Assembly: GCA_039028335.1 (NCBI GenBank)
Contig: JBCCIF010000002.1
Coordinates: 12,317 to 76,316, forward strand
Length of the DNA stretch: 64,000 nt
Source: Bacteroidota bacterium
Lineage (GTDB): Bacteria > Bacteroidota > Bacteroidia > Flavobacteriales_D > JABDKJ01
Direction of reading: 5' to 3'
The position numbers and the translations under genes are program-made. Positions 1 to 9,270 of this stretch are shown piece by piece. A model generated the notes under the pieces. That model ran no database searches. It saw only the letters and a program-made list of their open reading frames with translations, and was not told the DNA's origin. The number at the start of each line of letters is the position of its first letter. Position 1 is the first letter of the stretch.

Positions 1-13
1 TTTCGAAAGACCG

Positions 14-454
14 CTATTCTAAAGGTTGTTGCTGAGTTACACAGTGAACCATACCCCCATTTTCGTAGAGATTTCGGACATCTATCCCTACTACTGTTCT
101 CGATGGATATAAGCTTTGAATAATGCCATTGGCCACTTCATCATTTGGATCATTGTAATTGGGCACCAATACTTTGGTATTCGCAATATAGTAATTGACA
201 TATGAGCCTTTGTATCCTAAATTTATTCCATTGGTAGTAACTACATTATTTTGACTCAAAGGCACTGTTAAAAAAGAATAGCTATTCCCTTGCTTGTCTT
301 TAGCGGCATAAAGTAGATCAATATCCGATTGCATAACATCGTAATAAAGCAAGTCTTCTTGCTCCATTGTAACGATAGTCGAAGGATCTCCAAAACGCGC
401 AAAACCGTCAATATGCTGATCAGTGATTCCAATAGCAGCAATTTTCCTTTTCAC
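14..454 (-). CDS. agmatine deiminase-family protein, C-terminal fragment only (probable truncated gene remnant)
   Basis: 146-aa ORF ending ...YENGGMVHCVTQQQPLE. This matches the conserved GGG(I/V)HC(I/V)TQQxP catalytic-Cys motif, and the HIDGFARF and SYVNYYIAN blocks also fit agmatine/peptidyl-arginine deiminases (normally ~340-370 aa). The ORF starts at GTG 452-454 with an in-frame TGA directly upstream (455-457). Confidence 0.6.
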   Translation of the reverse strand: MKRKIAAIGITDQHIDGFARFGDPSTIVTMEQEDLLYYDVMQSDIDLLYAAKDKQGNSYSFLTVPLSQNNVVTTNGINLGYKGSYVNYYIANTKVLVPNYNDPNDEVANGIIQSLYPSRTVVGIDVRNLYENGGMVHCVTQQQPLE

Positions 455-642
455 TCATTATAAATCCTTGCGTGCATCTTATAAAACCAAAACGGCCGTT
501 TCAGTCGTAAAGGAAACTGGTATATATTCTTTTGGGGGAACATACCCTTTTTCAACCACGAAATTCAAAATCACCTTTTGCGATGACTTTCTGAGCTGGA
601 ATCGATTATCTAAAAGAGATTATTCCTGGAATTGCTTAACAG

Positions 643-1248
643 CTATTCTTTTTCGAATTTTCCTTGTGCAAATTCGTAGGAATGCTGAAGGATTATTTTC
701 GCCACTTCCAGCTCCTTTTGATCTCTCGGAGCATAGAGCATTATGATATTTGGAGGAAGGATACCTCTTTCAATCAATGGATGCCATTCTCCCCATCCTT
801 TCTCAATAATAATTTCTGCTTCGAATTTGGGAAGTCCAAGGTGTAAGCTGTAGTCTGGATGTGGATGAAAATGCGCAAATTCTGTTCCCACCATAAAGGC
901 ATTGCATTGTACACATGTATGTCCTTCGTTCATCCACATTGCAATTGCCCCGGGCACGGAAACAGCGCTCGGTCTTTTTTGAATATGACTAAATTCAAAT
1001 GCCCAATCCATGAGATTCGTAACATAAGATATATCCTCAGGTTGCTGATTGAGCTGTGTATGTGGATTTGTATTTGTAGTCTCAGGGCGAAGTCCCTCCC
1101 TGATTGGAAGGTTTTCCCAAGTGCTTTTTATTTCCATTTCATTCTTTTGTTTATGTGAACATTTTGCAGAAGACAACAGGCATAGTCCTACCATCAGTAA
1201 TAGCTTACAAAACACAAATCTGTTAGGGAATTTTTTGTCGTCTTCCAT
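643..1248 (-). CDS. secreted hypothetical protein with a C-terminal motif resembling the small bacterial luciferase-family domain
   Basis: The ORF-track entry begins at TTG 1278. ATG at 1246-1248 gives an N-terminal signal-like segment (KLLLMVGLCLLSSAKC). The motif EFAHFHPHPDYSLHLGLP...GWGEWHPL is as I recall it for that family. The family assignment is tentative. Confidence 0.45.
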   Translation of the reverse strand: MEDDKKFPNRFVFCKLLLMVGLCLLSSAKCSHKQKNEMEIKSTWENLPIREGLRPETTNTNPHTQLNQQPEDISYVTNLMDWAFEFSHIQKRPSAVSVPGAIAMWMNEGHTCVQCNAFMVGTEFAHFHPHPDYSLHLGLPKFEAEIIIEKGWGEWHPLIERGILPPNIIMLYAPRDQKELEVAKIILQHSYEFAQGKFEKE

Positions 1249-1303
1249 TTGATCACAAATTTCCAAACTCAAGCGCAAATGAAAAATAAAGTAGTTTAAG
1301 AAA

Positions 1304-1873
1304 TCACTTCTGCCTTCTTCGAATCATACTCAAAAACTCGGGGGTTATGCCTAGGTAGCGTGCGATTTGTTTTTGAGCTATTCGCTGTGATAATTTTGGA
1401 TAATCCTTCATAAACTTATGATATCGCTCCTCGGCCGAATAGGATAAATTTTGCACTATTCTGTTTTCCTGCGCAAAAAGTGTGTTTCTGAAAAGTGTTC
1501 GGGTATAGGTTGAAAAATTTGAGCTTTCAGCTATCAAGAAATCCCAGTCACTTTTATTAATTGAGAGCACTTTGCAATCTTCCAAAGCTTGAATACTAAA
1601 TGAAGCGGGAGAATTCTTTATAAAACTCTGTAAGTCTCCAAACCACCAATCTTCCATTGAAAAGGAAATATTATGCTCAACGCCTTCATAATCATAAATA
1701 TAAGTTCTGACACATCCAGAAATAATGAAATAGACTTCCTTAACTCCTTCACCGATTTCTAAAAAATGTACGTTCTTTGATACGCTTTTCTCACGAAATT
1801 TGCGGCAAATTAGCGCGAGTTCACTTTTATCAATAGAACATGATTGCATTATGTGATCTTCTAAAGCTTTCAA
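1304..1873 (-). CDS. Crp/Fnr family transcriptional regulator (cNMP-binding domain plus C-terminal HTH)
   Basis: 189 aa. It has a beta-roll-like region (YFIISGCVRTYIYD...) and a C-terminal SAEERYHKFMKDYPKLSQRIAQKQIARYLGITPEFLSMIRRR, typical of Bacteroidota Crp/Fnr regulators. Confidence 0.85.
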   Translation of the reverse strand: MKALEDHIMQSCSIDKSELALICRKFREKSVSKNVHFLEIGEGVKEVYFIISGCVRTYIYDYEGVEHNISFSMEDWWFGDLQSFIKNSPASFSIQALEDCKVLSINKSDWDFLIAESSNFSTYTRTLFRNTLFAQENRIVQNLSYSAEERYHKFMKDYPKLSQRIAQKQIARYLGITPEFLSMIRRRQK

Positions 1874-1970
1874 TTCAATACGAATTCAAAAGTGATTCTA
1901 TTCAGCACTTTGGATAAAGTAATTATCGACTCGATCAATAAACAACTTTGCATTCAATACTATTACTGAA

Positions 1971-2585
1971 TCAGTACATTTTAAATTTAGGCGATCGATC
2001 TTCAGTAATATTCAGTTTCAACATACGATCTAGCATCATTTCAAACATGCGAAATAGACTCTTCAATACCAATTTATCTTTGATAATCCCATAGTCTTCG
2101 AAAACCAATACATTGATTCCATCCGAATACGCATCCGAAAAAAACCTACTTCCATCATCTACGAATAGATGCAAGCCTGGTTGAACAAATATGATATTCA
2201 TCAATTCAATATCACATAAAAACTGTTGAATGCTCTTTTCATCATTGCCTTTTATAACGAACCGATCATCAAATGCTTTGTCCTTCAATTCAATATCCTG
2301 ATTACCAAATAACTTTCTAATCGACCCCATGAAATTTTCCTCGAAGATTTCAAATTTCAATCCGCTGAGGTTATAAAAAGGTACACGCAGACGCGTATAG
2401 TTTCTGCTATTTTTTCCTGATCCTTTTGTTATCTTGTCCAAATAGATTTTCCAAGCCTTGTATTCATAAATGAATTCATCTCTACCAAAAAAACCTCCGT
2501 AGTAAAATTCAACTCCCAATTCCTCGGCTACTTCCGTCCACACTTCTTTTCTCGAGGGGCCAAATAGTCTTTTGAAGAATGTCAT
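1971..2585 (-). CDS. hypothetical protein
   Basis: 204-aa ORF in a gene-sized gap with no competing ORF. No motif recognised. Confidence 0.55.
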   Translation of the reverse strand: MTFFKRLFGPSRKEVWTEVAEELGVEFYYGGFFGRDEFIYEYKAWKIYLDKITKGSGKNSRNYTRLRVPFYNLSGLKFEIFEENFMGSIRKLFGNQDIELKDKAFDDRFVIKGNDEKSIQQFLCDIELMNIIFVQPGLHLFVDDGSRFFSDAYSDGINVLVFEDYGIIKDKLVLKSLFRMFEMMLDRMLKLNITEDRSPKFKMY

Positions 2586-2611
2586 GTATGAATATACCTA
2601 ATCAAAAATTA

Positions 2612-3418
2612 TTAAAGCGAACCTGATTCTATCGCTTCTCTTACTGATCCGGCTTCCATTAATTTTTTATTGGCTTCTTCATAGGAAATGTTCAAGGCAT
2701 CCATCACCATTTTGGTTCCCCTGTCAACCAATTTATTATTGCTCAATTGCATGTCTACCATTCGATTCCCTTTTACTCGACCTAGTTTGATCATCAGGCT
2801 AGTAGACAGCATATTCAAGACTAGTTTTTGCGCTGTGCCGGATTTCATTCGTGTGCTTCCCGTAATGTACTCAGGACCTACCAGAGGGATGAGTGCATGA
2901 TCAGCTACTTCAGTAATTGGTGATTTGGGATTGCATGTAATGCATCCGGTGAGCAAATTGTGCTCTTGGCACTCTTTGAGTGCCCCCACCACGTATGGCG
3001 TGGTGCCGGATGCAGCGATCCCTATTACCGAGTCGTTCTCTCCTATCTCATGAACCAATAAATCCTGCCAACCTTGAGTACCATCGTCCTCGGCAAATTC
3101 AACGGCTTTGCGAATAGCAGTATCCCCGCCAGCCATTAATCCCACTACCAATCCATGGGCCACACCGAAAGTCGGTGGGCATTCCGATGCATCAACAATT
3201 CCCAGACGGCCACTAGTTCCGGCTCCAATATAAAAAAGTCTTCCTCCTGCTTCCATGCGCGGGTGAATTGCATCGACTAGCTCTTTAATTTCTGGAAGTA
3301 TTTCTTTTACAGCGAGCGCTACTTTCTGATCTTCTAGGTTGATGCCCTCTAAAATCTCTTGTGTACTTTTCGCTTCGAGGTGCTGATGCAGTGACTCTCT
3401 TTCGGTAATTTTTTCCAT
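2612..3418 (-). CDS. murQ: N-acetylmuramic acid 6-phosphate etherase
   Basis: 268 aa with a SIS-domain signature GRLFYIGAGTSGRLGIVDASECPPTFG and a conserved C-terminal half (GSTRMKSGTAQKLVLNMLST). Confidence 0.9.
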   Translation of the reverse strand: MEKITERESLHQHLEAKSTQEILEGINLEDQKVALAVKEILPEIKELVDAIHPRMEAGGRLFYIGAGTSGRLGIVDASECPPTFGVAHGLVVGLMAGGDTAIRKAVEFAEDDGTQGWQDLLVHEIGENDSVIGIAASGTTPYVVGALKECQEHNLLTGCITCNPKSPITEVADHALIPLVGPEYITGSTRMKSGTAQKLVLNMLSTSLMIKLGRVKGNRMVDMQLSNNKLVDRGTKMVMDALNISYEEANKKLMEAGSVREAIESGSL

Positions 3419-3624
3419 CAGACAATTTTCAAGATCTGCCCTTCAAATTCGACCCGATCCCCTGGCCTTAATTTTTTCCGTTTTTGCAACTCAGTTTGCC
3501 CATTCACTTCGACCATACCTTCATCGACAACCATCTTCGCCTCTCCTCCACTGCCAACCCAACCAATGGCCTTCAAGGCTTGAATCAGTTGAATGAATTC
3601 ACCATTGATCTGAAATTCTTCCAT
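3418..3624 (-). CDS. RNA-binding S4 domain-containing protein (YbcJ-like)
   Basis: 68 aa with GEAKMVVDEGMVEVNGQTELQKRKKLRPGDRVEF, typical of small S4-domain proteins. Its start and stop each overlap the neighbouring gene by 1 nt. Confidence 0.8.
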   Translation of the reverse strand: MEEFQINGEFIQLIQALKAIGWVGSGGEAKMVVDEGMVEVNGQTELQKRKKLRPGDRVEFEGQILKIV

Positions 3625-6041
3625 TAAATATCGGGATAGGAATGTGGATCGCTTTCAGACATGATGGCATACGCCCTCTCAAAAATATCGCTAATAGAAG
3701 GCTTAGAAAAATAATCCCCATCAGAAGAATAGGCAGGGCGGTGATCCTTTGCACTCAAGGTAACCGGCTCAGAATCGAGATGATAATATCCTTTTTGTTC
3801 GGTTAGTACTTTATCTAAAATATAAGCACTTGCGCCTCCACTAACGTCTTCGTCAACAATCATCAATTTGTTGGTTTTCTCAAGTGATTGAGCAATGACG
3901 TGCTCGCGATCAAAAGGCAGAAGCGTACGCACGTCTATTAATTCGACATCAATATCCATTTCTTCTAAGCGTTTGGCGGCCAGCTGACAAAGATTGAAAG
4001 TAGAGCCATAAGAAACCATGGTAATGTCCTCTCCTTCTCTTATGACCTCTGGCATTCCTAATGCAACAGTAAACTTTCCAAAATTAGAAGGCAATGGCTC
4101 TTTGGTGCGGTATCCATTCAAGGGTTCAATAATCAACCCTGGATCGTTGCTTTGCAGCAGTGTATTATACATACCCGCTGCTTCGGTCATATTCCTTGGA
4201 ACACAAACGTGAATTCCGCGCAATGAATTAATGATCATTCCCATAGGCGATCCGCTGTGCCAAATTCCTTCAAGGCGATGCCCTCTCGTACGTACGATTA
4301 AAGGTGCTATTTGTTGACCATTTGTACGGTAATGAACTGTCGCTAAATCATCGCTCATGATCTGGATAGCGTAGAGCAGATAGTCCAAATACTGAATTTC
4401 CGCAATTGGCCGCATGCCTCGCATAGCCATGCCAATCCCTTGTCCTACTATTGTACATTCACGGATTCCTGTATCCATAACACGAAGAGATCCGAACATA
4501 TCTTGCATCCCCTCCATACTTTGATTTACACCTCCAATATGACCCGTATCTTCTCCAAAAGTCGTTAACAAAGGATTGTCATTGAAAAGTATTTTGAAAT
4601 TCTCGCGAAGAATTATTCGACCATCCACGTGATCATCTCCCTCTATCAAGGGCTTGAGCTCAGGGATATCCAATGCGCTCTTCGCATCTGAAAAGAGTTT
4701 GGAATTGAATTTCTTGGCATTAATACCTTGTTGATTATTCAACCAGTCTTTTAATTGACTGCGGGAATTGGACTCTTCTCCTCTGGTCAATACTAAAGCC
4801 TCGCGCACGACTTCGAAGGTGTCTTTCTTGAAAGGATTCAAGGTACTCTTTAGGCGCTTAGCATAGGTATTCAACTCTTCTGCAAATGCACTCTGGCTCG
4901 CCATGTTGACGATGTAGGCATGGGCAGTATTGAGTTCATTTTTAATTTCACCTGAAAAAGCCTCCCATGCTTTTTTCTGAGCAGCCTTAACTTCTTCTTT
5001 TATTTCTAATTGAATAGCATCTAATTCCTTCTTCGAAGCGATCTTTTGGCCTTCGAATTCAAAGTCGATTATCCATTGCTTAAAGTGGGCGACACAATCG
5101 AATTCTTCTTCCCATTGCAATCGTTTCTTGCTCTTATAGCGTTCATGCGAACCAGAAGTTGAGTGCCCTTGTGGCTGCGTAACTTCTTCCACATGAATCA
5201 AAACGGGAACATGTTCTTTTCTGCACAGTTCGATTGCTTCTTTATAGGTCTTTATGAGATGAGGATAGTCCCAACCTTTTGTTTTAAAAATCTCAAATCC
5301 AGGATTTTCTTCTGTTCGTTGAAAGCCCGCTAGGGCCTCTGAAATACTTCCTTTAGTAGTCTGAAACTCTTTAGGAACAGAAATCCCATATCCATCGTCC
5401 CATACGCTCATAGCCACCGGAATCTGCATTACACCAATCGCATTCATGGCTTCCCAAAATGGTCCTTCTGAGGTACTAGCATCTCCAATCGTTCCAAAAG
5501 CCACCTCATTCCCCTTTGAACTGAGATGCTTATATCCATGTAAGGCTTTATTCTTTCTAAAGAGCTTAGACGCCAATCCCAAACCAACCAATCTTGGCAT
5601 CTGACCTCCGGTAGGCGAAATACAGGCGGAAGAATTTTTGCTTTCCATTACATTCAGAAACTCACCGTCATCATCAACATTTCGAGTGGTGTAATGTCCG
5701 CCCATTTGACGTCCTCCTGAATGTGGATCGTGCTTCAAATCTGCATGAGCATAAACACCTGCAAAAAAACTGCTTACATCGAGCTTGTCTATGGCCATCA
5801 TGAAGGTTTGATCTCGGTAATAACCCGATCTCCAATCACCCTTTTGAAATTGCTTGGCCATGGCAATTTGTGCCAATTCTTTTCCATCTCCAAAGATTCC
5901 AAATTTCGCCTTTCCTGTGAGCACTTCTTTTCTCCCAAGGAGAGATGCTTCACGGCTTCTACAGGCCAATTTGAAATCATTCAGAATTTCTTCAATATAT
6001 TGTTTTATGCTGTCTTCGCGCTTCTTTTCTTTTACGGGCAT
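3624..6041 (-). CDS. fused alpha/beta E1 component of a 2-oxoacid dehydrogenase (TPP-dependent)
   Basis: 805 aa. The N-terminal half resembles an E1-alpha TPP-binding region (GTIGDASTSEGPFWEAMNAIGV). The C-terminal half is transketolase-like E1-beta (FGEDTGHIGGVNQSMEGMQ...DTGIRECTIVGQGIGMAMRGMRPIAEIQYLDY). Confidence 0.85.
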   Translation of the reverse strand: MPVKEKKREDSIKQYIEEILNDFKLACRSREASLLGRKEVLTGKAKFGIFGDGKELAQIAMAKQFQKGDWRSGYYRDQTFMMAIDKLDVSSFFAGVYAHADLKHDPHSGGRQMGGHYTTRNVDDDGEFLNVMESKNSSACISPTGGQMPRLVGLGLASKLFRKNKALHGYKHLSSKGNEVAFGTIGDASTSEGPFWEAMNAIGVMQIPVAMSVWDDGYGISVPKEFQTTKGSISEALAGFQRTEENPGFEIFKTKGWDYPHLIKTYKEAIELCRKEHVPVLIHVEEVTQPQGHSTSGSHERYKSKKRLQWEEEFDCVAHFKQWIIDFEFEGQKIASKKELDAIQLEIKEEVKAAQKKAWEAFSGEIKNELNTAHAYIVNMASQSAFAEELNTYAKRLKSTLNPFKKDTFEVVREALVLTRGEESNSRSQLKDWLNNQQGINAKKFNSKLFSDAKSALDIPELKPLIEGDDHVDGRIILRENFKILFNDNPLLTTFGEDTGHIGGVNQSMEGMQDMFGSLRVMDTGIRECTIVGQGIGMAMRGMRPIAEIQYLDYLLYAIQIMSDDLATVHYRTNGQQIAPLIVRTRGHRLEGIWHSGSPMGMIINSLRGIHVCVPRNMTEAAGMYNTLLQSNDPGLIIEPLNGYRTKEPLPSNFGKFTVALGMPEVIREGEDITMVSYGSTFNLCQLAAKRLEEMDIDVELIDVRTLLPFDREHVIAQSLEKTNKLMIVDEDVSGGASAYILDKVLTEQKGYYHLDSEPVTLSAKDHRPAYSSDGDYFSKPSISDIFERAYAIMSESDPHSYPDI

Positions 6042-6091
6042 GGGCTCTTTGAAAGGTGGCGCAAAGATACGATTTTCAAATTTTTAAAATC

Positions 6092-7837
6092 TCATTTTCC
6101 TCCGTCCTTTTCTCCACTGCCTTCAGCCCCTTCTTCACCTTCGCCCTCATTAATTCCTTCAGGCGCTAAGTCTTCTACATCCGACTCTTGATCTTCAGAT
6201 TCTTCAATGTCAAACTCTTCTATTTCGAGTTCTTCATCCTCAAATTCACCCGGGTTTACTTCAGGATCCTTTTCTTCTTCACAGTCCATGCATTCCAATC
6301 CTGTCTCGGTCATAATCCAATAATGCCCGATCATGTCCCCATCCCACATATTCAAATTGTTGGGAATATCATGAATAATTCTACGCATACTTCTGTCGAG
6401 AAAAACACTTTTGCCCACAGGAAGACGGAGAATCAAATCCACTTCCTGATTGCGAATAAGATCACTGCGTTTGAATTCCATATGCGAATCAAATATGACT
6501 TTGTCATTGTTCTGACTCCAATTGTATGTGATGTTCTCAATTCGCTCCTTCGCATCTCTAGAATCAAAGCCATTGCTTGATTTCCGAATCTGCAATTGAA
6601 CAATACTGTCTTGTGTGCTCTTGAGAATCGTGAACTCAACATGCCCAAAAGACACGTTCTCTTCGTCTAAACCAATGAGTCCATTTCTGCGAAAATTTCT
6701 GTACTCTTCTGTATGGGTATTGCTCATCAATTTCAAACTATTCCCATTCCATTCTAAGTCTTCAAATTGCTCGATAGTCTCGCTGCGTTTATGGAGGGAA
6801 TTGACTTTTAGTCCAGAGTAAATGGTCAAGCCCATTCCCGTCATGAACATGATTAAGAGACTCCCTCCGATCATTTTTGAATTGGATTTGATCTTGAAAA
6901 CCAATTTCAAGCCCAAATAAATGAGCGCTATTAAAGGAGAGAATACGAGCATCACTATACCCAATGTCATGAGTGAAGAGATGCTCGAATCTCCGATAAA
7001 CAAGTCCTTAGCATCTTTCAATGAAAATACATTAAGCCCGTTATCGTGCCATGCAAAAACCTCAGGATCAAAAAGCGCGATAGAAAGAGCGACCAAAGCT
7101 ATCATCGCCCCGATCAAAAACACGGCTCCAATGATTTTACCGATAAACCTAAATATGGAAAAGAAAATACTCATAATTCCACCAAAAAACCTGCTAAAGC
7201 CATTCTTCACGTTTTGTGCACGCGCAGATCTAGAAGAATGGTTCTCACCCTTTCCCAGCAGAGCGTCAATACCTTCGTCAACTACTTTTTTAATGTTTTC
7301 TACCGTGACCGGCTCACCATGCATCATAATTTTCTCAGCAGTGGTTTCTGCCTTAGGAATTACAATCCAAAGGATGATATAAGCTACAAAGCCAAATCCA
7401 CCAAACACGAAGAGGAGAATCAGGATAATTCTCAACCAAACAGGGTCCCAACCGAAATAATTGGATAAACCTGCACAGACACCACCGATTAATTGATTGT
7501 CGGGATCGCGAAAAAGTCTTCTTCTCTTTCGACCCTTTTTCGTATAAGTCGTTTCAACGGGTTCTTCGCTATCTTCTCCGATGTAGTCTTCTGGACGCCC
7601 CATTATACGGATCACTTTTTCGACATCATCTGAGTTAATGACTTCTTTGCGGTCATTGATGTTTTCTAAAAACAACTCGCCTATTCTTGCTTCGATATCC
7701 GCTATCACTTCATCGGCTCCTTCGGAGTTATTGAGGTACTTGCGAATGCGATCGAGATAATTATTCAATTTCTCAAAGGCCTGCTCTTCAATATTGAAGA
7801 TTAAACCATTTATATTAACTGATACTGTCTTGTTCAT
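6092..7837 (-). CDS. PspC domain-containing membrane protein with an acidic C-terminal tail
   Basis: 581 aa. PspC motif LFRDPDNQLIGGVCAGLSNYFGWDPVWLRIILILLF, several TM segments, and a Glu/Asp-rich C-terminus. It overlaps the upstream PadR gene by 4 nt. Confidence 0.85.
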   Translation of the reverse strand: MNKTVSVNINGLIFNIEEQAFEKLNNYLDRIRKYLNNSEGADEVIADIEARIGELFLENINDRKEVINSDDVEKVIRIMGRPEDYIGEDSEEPVETTYTKKGRKRRRLFRDPDNQLIGGVCAGLSNYFGWDPVWLRIILILLFVFGGFGFVAYIILWIVIPKAETTAEKIMMHGEPVTVENIKKVVDEGIDALLGKGENHSSRSARAQNVKNGFSRFFGGIMSIFFSIFRFIGKIIGAVFLIGAMIALVALSIALFDPEVFAWHDNGLNVFSLKDAKDLFIGDSSISSLMTLGIVMLVFSPLIALIYLGLKLVFKIKSNSKMIGGSLLIMFMTGMGLTIYSGLKVNSLHKRSETIEQFEDLEWNGNSLKLMSNTHTEEYRNFRRNGLIGLDEENVSFGHVEFTILKSTQDSIVQLQIRKSSNGFDSRDAKERIENITYNWSQNNDKVIFDSHMEFKRSDLIRNQEVDLILRLPVGKSVFLDRSMRRIIHDIPNNLNMWDGDMIGHYWIMTETGLECMDCEEEKDPEVNPGEFEDEELEIEEFDIEESEDQESDVEDLAPEGINEGEGEEGAEGSGEKDGGK

Positions 7838-8169
7838 CTTTTCAGGGTTTTGGTGGTTTTTTTAACCGCGTTTTCTAATTCTGACCATGTCATGTGTAAT
7901 TCTGATAAAAACTTCTCGCCTTCATCCGTAAGGCGATAATATTTTCTCGGTGGGCCCGATTTAGATTCCTCCCACCTATAGGTAAGTATTCCCGCATTCT
8001 TCAAACGCATCAACAAAGGATAAATGGTACCTTCTACTACAATGAGTTTGGCGTCCTTGAGCTCTTGGAGAATATCCGAAGGATAGGCTTCCTGAGCCTG
8101 TAAAATGGAAAGAATACAGTATTCCAATACACCCTTTCTCATTTGTGCTTTTGTATTTTCTAATTTCAT
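7834..8169 (-). CDS. PadR family transcriptional regulator
   Basis: 111 aa with VLEYCILSIL...YPSDILQEL...EGTIYPLLMRLKNAGILTYRWEES...PRKYYRLTDEG, a classic PadR winged helix. Confidence 0.9.
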   Translation of the reverse strand: MKLENTKAQMRKGVLEYCILSILQAQEAYPSDILQELKDAKLIVVEGTIYPLLMRLKNAGILTYRWEESKSGPPRKYYRLTDEGEKFLSELHMTWSELENAVKKTTKTLKR

Positions 8170-8181
8170 TTTTGTCTTTTT

Positions 8182-8418
8182 TTAATGAATGACAAAGTCA
8201 TAATTGGTACTTGGACTTGAATCCATTGCTTCAGTGGACTTTACTTCTTCCGTCTTATCAACCCGCTCAATTAGCCCAGAGATATTCGGAACGCGATAGC
8301 GTTTCTTTTCGACATTTTGAGCGGCCTCCGGCTTGAACAGCAATCCGAGAAGAACGAGTGCAATAAAACCTGCCGAAGTCCACTTCAAAAATGTGTATGT
8401 GTCTTGATCGTGTCTCAT
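8182..8418 (-). CDS. small single-pass membrane protein (hypothetical), first gene of the PadR-PspC operon
   Basis: The ORF-track entry runs 8182..8490. ATG at 8416-8418 (MRHDQDTYTFLKWTSAGFIALVLLGLLF...) is the more plausible start and gives one TM helix. Confidence 0.45.
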   Translation of the reverse strand: MRHDQDTYTFLKWTSAGFIALVLLGLLFKPEAAQNVEKKRYRVPNISGLIERVDKTEEVKSTEAMDSSPSTNYDFVIH

Positions 8419-8653
8419 AATTATTAATTGACTATACAAATATATATCTTTTACTTGGTACTTTGCATTACATATTACTATAATTTTCAAACAAATGTTG
8501 TGTTTGGAGTCCTTTTCGTGACAAACGGTCCAGACTTTGTGTGAAAGGTTTTTAAAAATGTGGATAAGAAAAACAGGCTTATTTCGTTTAAAGAAAAAGA
8601 TATATCTACTTTAATCGAATCAACAGTACCTTTTAATTTAACGCAGCACACTA

Positions 8654-9013
8654 ATGATGAAAGCACTGTATTTGTCAGATACTGACGCAAGGCGAGCCGC
8701 TATTTCTCGTCTATTGGAACAAAAAGATATTGCCTTTGAACGCGTAGATAATGTCACTACCGCATTGCGTACTTTAATGACCTCTCGTTTTGAACTAATT
8801 ATAAGCGAATTGAGGCTGAAAGATCTTGACGCCTATGACCTCATTAAATTAATGAGGAAGTTCAATTTGAATCAACCGGTCATTGTACTAGATGATGAGA
8901 CAAATGATCTTGAAAGAGCCCTGGTGCAAAACGAAGGTGGTTTCGATCTCGTTAACTCAAAGGATCTGGAAAATTTATCGACTGCAATTGAAGAAGTATT
9001 GATTCTGGCTTAA
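8654..9013 (+). CDS. orphan single-domain response-regulator receiver-like protein (atypical)
   Basis: 119 aa with CheY-like alternating beta/alpha periodicity (KALYLSDTD ... [24 protein letters not shown] ... PVIVLDDE ... FDLVNSK). Glu52 sits where the phospho-acceptor Asp is expected. Confidence 0.65.
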   Translation: MMKALYLSDTDARRAAISRLLEQKDIAFERVDNVTTALRTLMTSRFELIISELRLKDLDAYDLIKLMRKFNLNQPVIVLDDETNDLERALVQNEGGFDLVNSKDLENLSTAIEEVLILA

Positions 9014-9036
9014 TATTTCTACCTTCAAGCCTTCGC

Positions 9037-9270
9037 TTGAATCCTTTTCAATACATATTGATTTTCTTTGTGCGTATTTACCAAAACGTATTATCTCCTT
9101 TATTTCCCTCTACCTGTCGCTATCAACCCACTTGCTCAACTTACATGATTGAAGCAATAAGAGAATGGGGAGCTATACGTGGCACATGGTTAGGTTTAAA
9201 AAGAATTGGAAGATGTCACCCTTGGGGTAATTCTGGGCATGACCCAGTACCGAAAAAAATTAAGGATTAA
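9037..9270 (+). CDS. yidD: membrane protein insertion efficiency factor YidD
   Basis: 77 aa with [49 protein letters not shown] start at 9037. Confidence 0.9.
   Translation: MNPFQYILIFFVRIYQNVLSPLFPSTCRYQPTCSTYMIEAIREWGAIRGTWLGLKRIGRCHPWGNSGHDPVPKKIKD

Noticed and set aside
423-1252. Several short plus-strand ORFs (423-746, 664-846, 859-1158, 1049-1252)
   Set aside because: They run antisense to, or overlap, the better-supported minus-strand genes. They are Cys/Phe/Leu-rich with no motifs, which is typical of shadow ORFs in AT-rich DNA.
5721-6191. 156-aa plus-strand ORF bridging the E1 dehydrogenase and PspC genes
   Set aside because: It is antisense to the starts and ends of two confidently called minus-strand genes and has a low-complexity Ser/Pro tail. 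It is not supported.
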